Source of the DNA: Octopus sinensis | Taxonomy: Eukaryota | Direction: 5' to 3' | DNA length: 64,000 nucleotides | Assembly: GCF_006345805.1 (NCBI RefSeq) | Contig: NC_043011.1 | Span: 3,348,001-3,412,000 of the forward strand | Shown here: positions 13,544-25,953 of the stretch, piece by piece | Layout of the letters: each line of letters opens with the position of its first letter | Position numbering within the stretch: the first letter of the stretch is position 1 | Notes under the pieces: generated by a model | Database searches by the model: none | The model's input: only the letters and a program-made list of their open reading frames with translations | Told to the model about the DNA's origin: nothing | Translations under genes and position numbers: made by a program

Positions 13544-13861
13544 GGCGATCCTTCGGTACAAGTACCATAACTGCCAAGTCTGTTTGTTTACATTTGAAGA
13601 AGATCATCACTTTCCGTAAAGTTTCTCTTTTTTTTATATATGTGGGGTTAGGGTTAAGGTTAGGGTTTGGGTTAGGGTTAAGGTTAAGGTTAGGGTTTGG
13701 GTTAGGGTTAGGGTTAGGGTTAGGGTTTGGGTTAAGGTTAGGGTTAGGGTTAGGGTTTGGGTTAGGAGTGGGGGAAAAGGATTTCTTTTTTCTTCAGAAA
13801 TGTAAATAAACCCACGTTGGTTTATAATTGGCAGTTATGGTACTTGTATCGAAAGATCACC
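13544..13861. mobile_element. Non-autonomous TIR element carrying a telomere-type (TTAGGG)n array
   Basis: 34-bp TIRs (13544-13577 and 13828-13861, 3 mismatches); flanks GAAAAATAC and AAAAAATAC (9-bp TSD with 1 mismatch, Mutator-like); about 20 TTAGGG/TTAAGG/TTTGGG units at 13645-13766. Confidence 0.8.
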
Positions 13862-14559
13862 AAAAAATACTTTATAGTTTAAAGCTTTCGTGGTTATGTA
13901 ATCAAAAACATTCCAGCTATGACCATTCACCATCCACCTTCCCCCTTTTTCCTTTTTCTTTCAGACATAGTGTATGTAGGACTACATTTCTTTGGTTATT
14001 ATCCTTCCTTCAACTAGAGATGAAAATGTAGAAAAATGTCTGTAAAATATAGACCAAATTTTGATAGATTTGACAGCTTAGAAACACGGCAAGAAGAAAA
14101 GTATTTGCAGTATGAATTGATTATAAGTAAACATGAAACAGCTGTTGTTTAACCCTAGGTCTATTTAATCAGATCTGACTTATAACCTGACTGAGCAGAT
14201 CTCCAATCAAGGGCATTTTCATACTTTTGTATATTAGGGACTACTTATTGCAATATGTTCCTTTTCTGAAAAGCAACATGGTGCTAATTAAAGAATAATT
14301 TTGACTACTCTTTCTTATAAGTGAAATAATTGTGTAAATGGACACTCTCATAAGCTTATTATGCAACAGCCGACTTCACAACGAGACACTGAAGATAACT
14401 CAGTTAACTGCAAATTTTTGACAGTGTTCCAAAGCTAACAGAATTTATCTGGTAAAATATGGAAAGATGAAATGGGTATTTAATCAAATTGTGAAGTGAG
14501 AGCTCAAACAGGTTGAATCGTACAAGTAATCTTGGAGCCCAAGCCTCTGATTTAGCTAC

Positions 14560-14838
<279 letters not shown>

Positions 14839-14995
14839 CATGGAACCATATCAAATCCCTAATCTTGAGTAATCCAAATATTCAGTAAAACCTTTTGAAA
14901 GAAATTTATGATGGAAAATTTTCCTGAACTATGTACAAAAATGCCTAGCTGCAGTCTAATGACTAGATAAACTGCTTAATTGAAATGGAATAGAT

Positions 14996-15214
14996 CAGTG
15001 GTTTTCAACCAGGGTTCCACGGAACCTTAGGGTTCCGCTAGTACAGTCCAGGGGTTCTGGAAGAAGTTACAAAACTGCTAAAACCAGCAGTAATTTTTAA
15101 TTCTCCTGTGCAGATATGTGTGCAGAAGACTATTAAATTATTGCACAAGGGTTCCTCGAGCCATTGGAATGTTTCCTTGGGGTTCCGCTCCAGCAAAAAG
15201 GTTGAAAAGCACTG
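14996..15214. mobile_element. hAT-type MITE
   Basis: TIRs CAGTGGTTTTCAACC / GGTTGAAAAGCACTG with a perfect 8-bp TSD GAATAGAT on both sides. Confidence 0.9.
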
Positions 15215-15396
15215 GAATAGATGAAGCCTCAAATAAGCCTAAAAACCCCAAGACATCATGCTGGGCACAGATAAAAATTCAACATAATACTATGGAAGAG
15301 ACACCGTGAAAGAATACTCAATATGCGATGACAGTATGAAGAAGCAAACATAATACTGATATGAAAACAGAGATAATAACTGCCAACACAATTCGT

Positions 15397-16293
15397 GTAC
15401 TCTTTTACTCTTTTACTTGTTTCAGTCCCTTGACTGCGGCCATGCTGGAGCACCGCCTTTAGTCGAGCAAATCGACCCCGGGACTTATTCTTTTTGTAAG
15501 CCTAGTACTTATTCTATCGGTCTCTTTTGCCGAACCGCTAAGTGATGGGATGTAAACACACCAGCAGGGGGACAAACACAGACACAAACACACACATATA
15601 TATATATACACTAGCAGTATCGCCCGGCGTTGCTCGGGTTTGTAAGGGAAATAACTATATAAGCATTTTTAGAGAGTTACTTCCCTTATAGATGCCAAGT
15701 CGGGCTTTCTTAGCCATTTCTGTTTTGGTGTCTTCAAGCCATGAAGTCGTTGTTCTAAAAGAACGCTGGTCTCCTTGACAACGCTTTACGACGTTGATTT
15801 CCTTACACTCCCTTCCCCACAGCTTCACGAGGGAGGGAAGAAGGGGGAGAAGCAAACAGGTGCAGGTGTGACCATGGACGCCAACTCCACCGCCATCGAC
15901 ACACGAAAAATTATGCATTAAAATGGAATAAAAAATGATGTTAAATTATTTTTAAAATCGTAGACTCATCGTAGACACGCGCTAATAGCCAGACGGGCTC
16001 GATATTAATCACGACTATAAGATACCCGAATTTGGTTAAACTGCACCGCAAAATGTGGGAGGAGTTAGGAATCTAAATCGTAGGAGACAGACACTCGCAC
16101 AACTACAGTTTTATATATATAGATATATACGACAAGCTTCTTTCAGTTTCCGTCTACCAAATCCACTCACAAGGCATTGGTCAGCCCGGGGCTATAGCAG
16201 AAGACACTTGCCCAAGATGCCACACAGTGGAACTGAACCCGGAACCATGTGGTTGGTTAGCAAGCTACTCACCACACAGCCACTCCTGCACCT
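15397..16293 (-). mobile_element. SINE family A copy interrupted by a Helitron
   Basis: Tail at 15397-15610 and head at 16124-16293, in reverse orientation. Confidence 0.85.
15611..16123 (-). mobile_element. Non-autonomous Helitron
   Basis: The minus strand starts TC(TATATATATAAAAC) and ends CTAG. It has a subterminal GC hairpin CCCGAGCAACGCCGGG, sits between A and T, and has no TSD. Confidence 0.8.
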
Positions 16294-17039
16294 ATACGAT
16301 TATATAGTTTCTGTATAATATACTGTTGGATGATTGATGTCCTAAGATTGGATTTCCAAATTAGTAAAGTACATGCTACACACTAAGCACAAAACAAAAA
16401 AAATCAAACTGCTGATATCCATTGAAATTACCAAAAAAAGATTCTCATGAAGCAGAGACTTAACACAATGGAATGGGTGAAGTGTATAAGACATAGAAAA
16501 TAAAGAGCAACTGCTGCCAAGTGAATAAAATGATGAAAAGCTTGAATCATAATGATCTATAAAGATTTGGGGATGATTTGAAACTAGACAAAATATCACT
16601 ATAAGACTAAACAAAATCACAGTAATAAGAATTATAAAGGAAAATGCCCCAAGAAAAATTGAAAAACGAACTGGTAAAAGGAAACAAGCCTTGGGCTATA
16701 CTCTAAATGAATGCCAAACCTAACAGATAAAATCTGAACAGCCTCCACTAAAAAGACAGAAACAAAAGGTTTATAGATGCAGTACATGATTAATGTTTCC
16801 ACACCTAACATAACCCAGAACAATAGAAAAAAAATTCTTAAATAAATAAATAAAAAACAGCATGCATTGAATATTTGCAGAATATTTCAGAACAATTGAT
16901 CACACAGAAGATAACTATGATACAATCATTTTAATCTATGTATGCACATATACACACACACAAAGAAAATTCATGGTGAATTAATGCAGAACTTACAGCT
17001 CATACCCTGACTATGTATTCTTATTTGTACTTATCATGG

Positions 17040-17190
17040 GTGTATAAAGGTTATGTACCAACAAATTTGCAAAAAACCTAGATATACTTGGTTTTTATGG
17101 AAAGAGAGCAAAAGAGACTGACATGGATTCTCCAAATCCAATCTATTAGTGGCACAGTGAAGATCTGTAAGACATTCCAAAAGTTCTCCA
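17040..17190 (+). mobile_element. 3'-end remnant of a REL-type LINE
   Basis: LTWILQIQSISGTVKICKTFQKF resembles the end of the 51420-51780 element (LIQRLQIQCINETIKI). Confidence 0.5.
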
Positions 17191-17655
17191 TGGGAATAGA
17201 TGCACACACTTGGGTGCATGCATCGACAGTTTAACCAATGCACAAATTCAACCACATATTTACAAACACTAGGAACTCTCTTAACTCAATAAAGTCTGGT
17301 TTCTTTGTTAGTGACTAGCTTCTACTCTATCAAGAACTTTAATTGAATTCTATGATAAAATATACATACATACATACATACATAATTATATATATATATA
17401 TATATAAGATACATATATAGGGTAGTGAATATTCGTTATAAATATCACCACCAGTGGCCTAGCATGTATTAATAGTCAATAGACAACATATTCATATTTT
17501 AAAATAGTGTACATTTAAACACAAAAGAAAACTACCCTTCAACATGTAATTTTTACATGCTAGAAATAGCAGCCAACACTGCCAAAACCATGATTTCATA
17601 GCAATTTTCGAAGTAAATGAAAAATAAAAACTTTTACCTTGTTATTTTTATCAGC

Positions 17656-17761
17656 GGTTATACCATGGTTTCGAATTTTAGCAAATAAAATTATTTGCCA
17701 TCCTTTAATAGGTAATTTAGCAAAACAATATTATTGCAGGACGAATTTCTCGTCACTAACC
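17656..17761 (-). ncRNA. Type I hammerhead ribozyme motif, C3-to-G variant
   Basis: Minus strand: GGUUA-GUGACGA-GAAAUU...AAUUC-GAAA-CCAUGG-UA-UAACC. The flanks resemble those of the 48699 copy. Confidence 0.55.
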
Positions 17762-18849
17762 AGCCTTAATAACTAACTTATAACTCAGAGACAAAATAAC
17801 ACGTATCCCATCATTATATGTTATAATTTTTCAAAATTCTGCATGCAGGTGCATTTACAATTGGCAATAAATACAATGCTGAGCTGAATCTTCGAGAATG
17901 CTAAGAACATATTCATATATATATATATATATATATAAAACTACTACATGCTGAATAGGAAAAGGGATTCTCTGAGTGGAAACAAAACCTGGAATCAAAG
18001 GGGATCTTAGCAAAGAGCAATGTTATAGTAAGCAAGAAAGTGGATAAGACTCACTTCCCATCAGCTCAATCCATTTTCTTGCTAGCTTCAACATTGCTCT
18101 TTGCTGGGTTAAGTTGCCTCCCATTCCCACATGTCCTGTTCCCCATATAATCTTACAAACATTCCTCCCACCCACGACTATTCACTACATGCCCAGAGGA
18201 GCCACAAACACTCCTCATCTGTACTATCTATCTGTTCATAGCTTCTACTGATCATACTCTCCTTTCACTACTTAATGTAACTACAAAGCTCTTTCTCAAG
18301 AACTTGCTCTGCCCTCCCCTATTTTTTCATACTTTGACCCTGTCTCCCAGCATAAAGCCAACCCCACTTGATTAAGGTTCATAGTGTTGTGAGCTACATG
18401 GCAACTTTAGTAGTGATGTTGACTCAAAAAAAATACACCCTGTAAAGTTGTTGGCATTAGGGAAGGCATCCAACAGTTGAATACAGTCCATGGACCTATC
18501 AGATACTATCAACCTGTCCAACCCATGCTAGCATGGAACATGGACATTAAATACTGATGGTTATTGTGATTCTATATATATATATGTCAACATCATCGTC
18601 ATCTTTTAACAACCGTCTTCCATTCTGGCATGAGTTGGACGGTTTGACAGGATCTGGCCTGCTGGCAAGCTGTCCAGACTCCAATCATCTGTTGTGGTGT
18701 GGTTTCTATGACTGGATGCCCTTCCTAACATCACCCACTTTACAGGGTGTGCTGGGTGCGTTTTATGTCCACTGACATGGGTTCATTTACCCAGCACTGT
18801 TATGAATGCATTGTATGTGGCACCAGCACCTGTAAAGGACGAGCCTGTT

Positions 18850-19071
18850 TGTAGCAGAAACATTAGCACACTGGGCGAAATGCATACCTGTATTTCGTCT
18901 GTCTTTCCGTTCTGAGCTCAAATTCCACCAAGGTCGACTTTGCCTTTCATCCTTTTGGGGGTCGTTAAATTAAGTACCAGTTACGTACTGGGGTTGATGT
19001 AATCGACTTAATCCCTTTGTCTGTCCTTGTTTGTCCACTCTATGTTTAGCCCCTTGTGGGTAGTAAAGAAA
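18850..19071 (+). mobile_element. SINE family B copy
   Basis: Same body and GTAGTAAAGAAATA end as 10176-10405. Confidence 0.85.
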
Positions 19072-20108
19072 TATGATTTTACTTAATGTGATGTGTTTTC
19101 ACAAGTGCAGCAAATTGCCACAACTCTTGGTTGCTTGTCATTTTCTTGGTGGAGCCTATCATCCAAATATTCTTTCTCACCACCTCATCCTATGTCTTCC
19201 TGGGTCTAATTCTTCCACAGGTTTCCACCACAGTTAAAGCCTGGCACTATCATCTTCTTCATCATATTCATCATCATCATTTAACATCTTCCTTCCCTGC
19301 TGGCATGCATTGGACAGTTTGACTGGAGCTGGCAAATCAGAAGTCTATGCTAAGCTCTAGTGTCAGGCTTGGCATTGTTTCTATAGCTGGATACCCTTCC
19401 TAACACCAACCTCTGGGTGCCTTTTACATGGCACCAGCAGGACTGAATTCACAGTAAAATCTATAAAAAGACTACAGTGAGATTGTTGTGAGGTGTGTAA
19501 AATCCATATTTCGGTCATAAGCTTTCTGTGGAGATAAATTGATAGGAGAAATATTGAAGACAGCAGAGTTTCACATCCTCTAATTGAGTGCAATAGATAA
19601 GTTTTACTAACTCAGAAAATGTAAAACTTTATCCTGCCTCTTTAATTTCCCTCCTGTCAGCTTTTTGTAAAAGAAGATCTCCATCTGAAACTGAATTTCC
19701 CCTCCCCACAGCAAATTTACAATATTCTTTTTGTTGAGTTTACTAAATAATACAAGTCTTGCTGACACACACAAACATCAATTTCTCTGGAGTCTGTTTG
19801 ATCATACATATATATTTGTATGTAGTTGTGTGTTTTTATACACACACACATAAACACACGCACACACACACATACACATATAGAGGAGAGAGAGAGAAAG
19901 AGAGAGATACATTCATGTGTATATGTGATATGTGTCAGTGCATGCATGTTTGTATTTGTATTTAGGTTATAGTATGTGTATGTGCAAGAGCATGTGTATT
20001 TGTATACCCATGTGTCATGATTGTTTTTAAATCTATGCATAAGAAATTGATATGAAATTTATCCAAAAGATGACAGATAGCCGTACAGATTTTGTTTTAG
20101 GTTGACAG

Positions 20109-20201
20109 GAATGGACAAATTTATTATTACCGCAGAATGTGACTAAACTTTTTGCAAGATTTTTAAAAACCAATGATAATAATTATCTTTTATATAGACA
20201 G
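20109..20201 (+). CDS. Candidate exon (EWTNLLLPQNVTKLFARFLKTNDNNYLLYRQ)
   Basis: Acceptor ttttgttttaggttgacag, 93-nt open frame, donor CAG|gtcaga; phase 0 to 0. Confidence 0.28.
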
Positions 20202-20384
20202 GTCAGAAATTTGCATCTTCAGATGTAAAACTGGAAGGGCCTTTGTTTGTGACTGTATCTGTTTATTTCTTAGTCAGACTTTTTTGTTTAAGTTTTAGAT
20301 TTTGATTTTTGGTGTTCAAACAAAATTATTTCATCATTTTCTTGTCCAGCTTGCTGATGATTCTAACTGCTCACTGTTTTTTTG

Positions 20385-20390
20385 ATAATG

Positions 20391-20445
<55 letters not shown>

Positions 20446-20528
20446 TTATTATTATTATTATTATTATAATAATGATAATAATGATAATAATAATAATAAT
20501 AATAAAAATAATAATAATGATAATGATG

Positions 20529-20567
<39 letters not shown>

Positions 20568-20568
20568 T

Positions 20569-20597
<29 letters not shown>
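20385..20597. repeat. (AAT)n/(GAT) microsatellite
   Basis: Direct reading. Confidence 0.95.
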
Positions 20598-20599
<2 letters not shown>

Positions 20600-20882
20600 G
20601 TATCTCAACAGGCATGATAGAGCTGCACAATATATTCACTGGGTAATTTGCAAAAGCCTGAACTTGCCCCGTGATAAAAACTGGTGGGAAAACAAACCAC
20701 CTCCAGTGCTTGAAAATGACTACATCTCACTCCTCTGGAACTTCACCATTCAAACTGACAGAAAGATAGATGCAAATAGGCCAGACATCATAGTAAAAGA
20801 CTTCAGACAAAGAACATGCCTCCTCATTGATATGATTGTCCCAATCGATATAAATGTATCTGTTAAGACCTACCAAAAAACT
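20598..20882 (+). mobile_element. 5'-truncated R4/Dong-like LINE fragment (REL endonuclease)
   Basis: YLNRHDRAAQYIHW...LLWNFTIQTDRKIDANRPDIIVKD...CLLIDMIVP, fused directly to (AAT)n. Confidence 0.85.
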
Positions 20883-21232
20883 GAGCAGTTTCTATGGTTG
20901 GCTGGCCTTCCTAATGCCTGATACTTTACTGAGTGGGAGCCTTTTTCCATGGCACTAACTCTATTGAGGTTGGCATACAATGGAATGGTTAAGGTATGAA
21001 AAGAAAATGGCCAGATCAGGTTTCTTGCTGTAGAGGAGATGCATGGCTACTCAGGTGACAGAAGGGTGTTTGAAAGCAATGAAGATGAAGTGGGTAGAGA
21101 GATATAGATAGCGATAAGGGACGAAAACCTCTGTACGATACATTAAACTAAACTTAAAATTGGTAAAGCCATGAGAGGCTTTGGGAAAGGGAAACTGAAA
21201 GAAGCCTGCTGCATATATGTGTGTGTGTGTGT

Positions 21233-21541
21233 GGAGGCACAATGGCCCAGTGGTTAGATCAGCAGACTCGTGGTTATAGGATTGCCCTTTCGATTCCCAG
21301 ACCGGGCGTTCTGAGTGTTTATTGAGCAAAAACACTTAAAAGCTCTACGAGGCTCCAGCAGGGGGTAGTGGTGATCCCTACTGTACTCTTTCGCCACAAC
21401 TTTCTCTCACTCTTTCTTTTGTTGGCCTGCTCACTTAGCCAGCAGGGTGGCCTCATTTGAAGGCTACAACAATGCAAAGCGCATTGTGACCAGTGATGTG
21501 TAGCAACATCTGATAGCCTGGTCAGTCACTTGATCACGTGA
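21233..21541 (+). mobile_element. SINE family D (tRNA head), tail variant 1
   Basis: A box TGGCCCAGTGG and B-box-like TTTCGATTCC. The first ~190 nt are shared with the 43864 copy. Confidence 0.75.
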
Positions 21542-21554
21542 TATATACACATAT

Positions 21555-21592
<38 letters not shown>

Positions 21593-21911
21593 GTTCATAT
21601 ATCTGCATGTGTGTTTTTGTGACTAACCTGCTACCACTTGACAGCTGGTGTTAGTGTGTTCATCAGAAGAGACTGATAGAATGTGCGCAAGACTTTTTTA
21701 CATTCAAGTAAGAAAATTCTTCAAGGTGATGCCCCAGCATGGCCTCAGTTTAATGGCTGAAACAAGTAAGTAAAAGATATAAGATAAATATACACCTCTC
21801 TCTCCACCACCACCCATACAAATACACTCACGTGTGTTCTGTATGATACAGCAAGCAGTAAAGAGTTAAACCATTTTTGACTTGTCGAAATGGAGTTTGT
21901 TGTGGTTTCAG

Positions 21912-21958
21912 ACTAAAAGTGGAAGGAGCTAAGTTTACCTTCTTAACTCAGCAGACAA
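21912..21958 (+). CDS. Candidate exon (LKVEGAKFTFLTQQT)
   Basis: Acceptor gtttgttgtggtttcag, donor A|gtaaat; only the phase 2 to 1 reading is open. Confidence 0.38.
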
Positions 21959-22066
21959 GTAAATATTCTTTTATTAGTCCCTCCTTACTTAGAATTGATT
22001 ATTTGCTTAAACTGTATTGCAACAACATATGAGACACTGTTTAACTCTGTTGATTTGTTTATTCAG

Positions 22067-22127
22067 GAAGGAAGAGACATTTACTACTTAAATTATGGCA
22101 CTTGGGGAAACATTCAGTTTTGACCAA
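22067..22127 (+). CDS. Candidate exon (RKRHLLLKLWHLGKHSVLT)
   Basis: Acceptor gatttgtttattcag and weak donor AA|gtgaaa; phase 1 to 2, compatible with both neighbours. Confidence 0.33.
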
Positions 22128-22657
22128 GTGAAAAAAATCTTACACTTTTGTAAACACTTTTGTGTTTTGTTTTACATAGACTTTTATGTATGTAAAACAA
22201 TGATTCATTTGAGGTCACTGTCAAAATGAGGTTTTTGTTCTATATGTGATATTGAATTTTATTCTTTATTGACCAAAAATAAATAGAGAAAAGCAAAACA
22301 ATTTTTGTGCTACATTATATATTCATAAACCCTAATGGAGCTAATGAAATGAAGCTACAAGCCAGATTGGGGACCCTTGAATCCCAGTTGTCAAACAAGG
22401 CCAACCTTTTCACTATCAAGGACCCCTTTTATTTAAATAAATTTTTCCACGGACTCCAGGATATTGGAAGGTCTGTCAGCTTAACATGTTCACAGACCTC
22501 CAGAACTACCTTTGTGAACCACTGGGGATCTACAGACCACAGGCTGGGAACCACTGCTCTAGGGCTTTCAAATTTAATTGCTCATAGTGTGCTGTTGTAG
22601 TTTTCACTGACAGTCTATCAATTTAAATGTTCCACTCGTTCTTGTTCCTCCTTTCAG

Positions 22658-22764
22658 CATCATTAGTCTTAAAGACTGGGGAAATATGTTATGCTTTACC
22701 TATTTGATGGAGCACATATTGTACTATACAATAGTCAAAATGTTTTCCATCTGCTTCTTTGAGG
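22658..22764 (+). CDS. Candidate exon (IISLKDWGNMLCFTYLMEHILYYTIVKMFSICFFE)
   Basis: Strong acceptor ttcttgttcctcctttcag, 35 open codons, donor G|gtatag; phase 2 to 1. Confidence 0.35.
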
Positions 22765-22815
22765 GTATAGACAAACCCTAGTTCATATTTAGTAAAGCAG
22801 AGAAAAGTCACTTAC

Positions 22816-22942
22816 CTCCTTGCTCCTTGCTAAATGAATCCCCCAGGCAAGCAAGCACTGATTCCTGTGACATATCTCTCTTGTTTTTATCCTCTATGAG
22901 CTTTTTTCTCTCAAGCTTGCAACAAAGTAGCTGTTGCTGCTT
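22816..22942 (-). CDS. Candidate exon (KQQQLLCCKLERKKLIEDKNKRDMSQESVLACLGDSFSKEQG)
   Basis: Consensus donor GAG|gtaagt and 42 open codons. The acceptor lacks a polypyrimidine tract and the strand conflicts with the adjacent plus-strand candidates. Confidence 0.28.
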
Positions 22943-22962
22943 CTGTTACTCATGTTATTTAA

Positions 22963-23184
22963 CCTTTTTGATACCAACCTTGCAGAAACCACTTCTGGTT
23001 CTGTAGTACAAATGTCTTGTATTGATAAGTATCAAATTAAAATCTTCCACCAAAACTTAGTCACAATTTATGTTCCTAACACTAGCTTAATGATAATGAA
23101 GTTATTTTACTAAATTCTTTGTTATATTTGAAATTAATTGAAAGAAACACAGAGCATCTCAAAATAAATACAGTAACGAAAGGG
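22963..23184. mobile_element. piggyBac-type MITE
   Basis: TTAA-CCTTTT...AAAGGG-TTAA. Confidence 0.75.
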
Positions 23185-23340
23185 TTAAGTTATTGTTACT
23201 TTTCCATTTAAAGTTTTCAACAGTTGCTCAACAGTTATTTTCTGCTTGTGTTTTTAATCTTATATTTTTGTTTACAACACTTAACAAATTTCTTTCAAAA
23301 CTTTGGAGCATATACTTACGGTATTCATGTTTGTAGTTAG

Positions 23341-23383
23341 CACTTTTTGCTACTCCTCATGAAGAAACTGTTTTAAAATATGG
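23341..23383 (+). CDS. Candidate exon (LFATPHEETVLKY)
   Basis: Tandem acceptors tttgtag/ttag (start 23337 or 23341) and strong donor GG|gtaagc. Confidence 0.4.
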
Positions 23384-23639
23384 GTAAGCAATCATTACAA
23401 AATACAGAGAAGTCTAAGATAAATCATTTTTTATTCCAAACTAATAAGGACAGACACTAAAATATCTTTTCATGTAAAATGCAATAAAATCCAATTTTTT
23501 TCTGAAACTGTGTTATAGACATCCGTTCATTATAAACTATATCAACGGCAACAACAATAATAATTGTTGTTGTTATTATTATTATCATCATAATCAAAAC
23601 CAAAATTTCTACCCAAACTATATTTCTTGGTTGACATCA

Positions 23640-25400
23640 CTATGAGGAAAATAACCACAATTGCTTCTCCATTCTGACTTCCATCAATTAGATATGTTGC
23701 ATTATATCTCTCAAGATAACTCTCTCTTCTTAATGGCTATAATTTATTATCTAATGTTTCCTGTTGGCTGTATCATTAGTGGTTGTGTCATTGTGTAGTG
23801 TTTCAAGTTCTGAGGTTGTAGTCTGCTACTGTTTCATCTGCTGGTGACCTTGCAGTAGTGGCATTGTTGTTTTGCCATTATTGATTATTGCGCTGATGGT
23901 GAATTAATGGTATTCATGCTTCAGTAATAGCCGTGTTGGTTATGATGTTATGTATTGATGTTATTATTGTTGTTGTTGTTGTTAGTGTTCTGCCACAAAA
24001 GCCAGGATCATCCAATCTTTGTTTTAAGTGTATCTGGACTACTATCCACTCAACTACTGCATGCTTTCTTGTTTCCACAGTCTTGGTAATACTTCCTTAC
24101 AGACATCCAAGTTTGTTGAGGCATATAAATTAAATGTATCATGTCGCACAGTACAGAGATGACCACCTATGCATACACACACACAATTAATGCATTCACA
24201 TTTAAAATACATATATTTAAAATACAGGAGCAGGAGTGGCTGTGTGGTAAGTAGCTTGCTAACCAACCACATGGTTCCAGGTTCAGTCCCACTGCGTGGC
24301 ATCTTGGGCAAGTGTCTTCTGCTATAGCCCCGGGCCGACCAATGCTCTGTGAGTGGATTTGGTAGACGGAAACTGAAAGAAGCCTGTCGTATATATGTAT
24401 ATATATATATGTATGTGTATGTGTTTGTGTATCTGTCTTTGTCCCCCTAGCATTGCTTGACAACCGATGCTGGTGTGTTTATGTCCCCGTCACTTAGCGG
24501 TTCGGCAAAAAGAGACCGATAGAATAAGTACTGGGCTTACAAAGAATAAGTCACGGGGTCGATTTGTTCGACTAAAGGCGGTGCTCCAGCATGGCCGCAG
24601 TTAAATGACTGAAACAAGTAAAAGAGTAAAAGAGAGTAAAGAGTATATGCTTGTATGTATATTTATACACAATGTAGAAAGAAGAGAGCTTATTGAATGA
24701 AATACTGATACGAATCAGAATTCAAAGAACTGGTTCAAATCAGCTTTAGAGCAAATATTCCCTTCTGTATATTAACTTCCCTTTGCAAGTCGGCTGAAGT
24801 TTAGAAGGAGGTTTGGCTGCTAATCCTTGCAGGTTAAGCAACTTATCGAGAAGCGTCATCTGTTCTTTCTCTGCTGATGTTATGCAGCTGTTAGTATTGA
24901 TGTTGATGTTATGTTTATGTTGGTATGGCATTTGTGAGGATGTATCGATGTTGTGCTTGTCCTCAGATTATGTTAATATGGTTGTTTGTGACAACGTTAT
25001 GTCGATGTTTCGATCACAATGTTTATGTTATCTTAGTATTAATTTTGGTGGTGTGAGTAGAATTTGTGTTGTTGTTGGTGTTAGTGTTGATATTGTATTT
25101 GTAAGGATGTGAGGACGTCGTGTTTGGGATGATGCTATGCTGGTCTTGATATTGTGAATGTGCTGATGTTGGTGTTGATGTTAGCATTGCATTGGTATTA
25201 GTGGTGAGGTTGTTGTATTTTGTTCTTATAATGGCATCTTAGCAGTATTTTTAACGTAATATTCGATATGATAGGATGTTAATGTCACTGTAGTAGTGTT
25301 GGGTTCACTCTAGTGGCCTTCGTTCTATTTGGACAGCGTTTCTTTGTTGCTAAAGTTAGTATGTTGCTTTCTATAGGAATGGAATTGTTTTATAGAAGAC
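23640..25400 (-). mobile_element. Decayed low-complexity (T/N/H-rich) coding-like sequence, probably a retroelement ORF1 remnant, interrupted by a SINE
   Basis: Strong strand asymmetry and broken frames such as GGHLCTVRHDTFNLYA..VCKEVLPRLWKQ. The family assignment is inference. Confidence 0.3.
24226..24643 (+). mobile_element. SINE family A copy (young)
   Basis: Near-consensus full-length copy. Confidence 0.92.
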
Positions 25401-25788
25401 TGCTATTCTTGGTTGTGTTGAACAAAATGACAAAAGTATTTTACTTCGACATATAAAAACCAATTAACCATGAAAATGGTAAAACACTTCCTTCTTTCTC
25501 TTTTTATAATGTAATCAAAACCTTCAAATTCTAGTTTGAAATTGGTTGTTACTTGAACAAAATATCACAAAAATCCAAAGCAAGTTCTTCTACTGCTGTA
25601 GACTCTGTCAGACCTTTTTTCTTTTTCTATCTAATATAATGGAAAGCTTTAGATAGTAGACAGAGACAGGTTGATATCTGGACTGTCAAATAAAAGAGCC
25701 AAGCCAAAAAAAAAATTGGCTTCTGTTGCAGGAAATAAATTCATTAGAGTTACCATTCTCAGATATGATCAATTAGTAACATTTCTAA

Positions 25789-25953
25789 TTATGGCTTAAT
25801 GAAAAAGGCAATTCAAAAGTTCATCATTCACTTCTCAATGAAGAGTATATTTGTCAGGCATTCATACTTGACATGCAACAAACAAAGCACTTGGAAAAAA
25901 ATTCAGACATGCTAAAAATAGTTCACTTAATTCAAGAAACACAAGAAGTCTAT
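25789..25953 (+). CDS. Candidate exon or pseudo-exon (LWLNEKGNSKVHHSLLNEEYICQAFILDMQQTKHLEKNSDMLKIVHLIQETQEVY)
   Basis: Frame open from 25789 to 25980, with donor TAT|gtaata. Joining it to the acceptor at 25762 needs removal of one A at 25788. Confidence 0.25.

Noticed and set aside
13645-13766. (TTAGGG)n as a chromosome end or fusion scar
   Set aside because: The array is short, degenerate and enclosed by TIRs.
22385-22556. Possible hAT MITE ending GGGAACCACTG
   Set aside because: The left TIR and TSD could not be identified.
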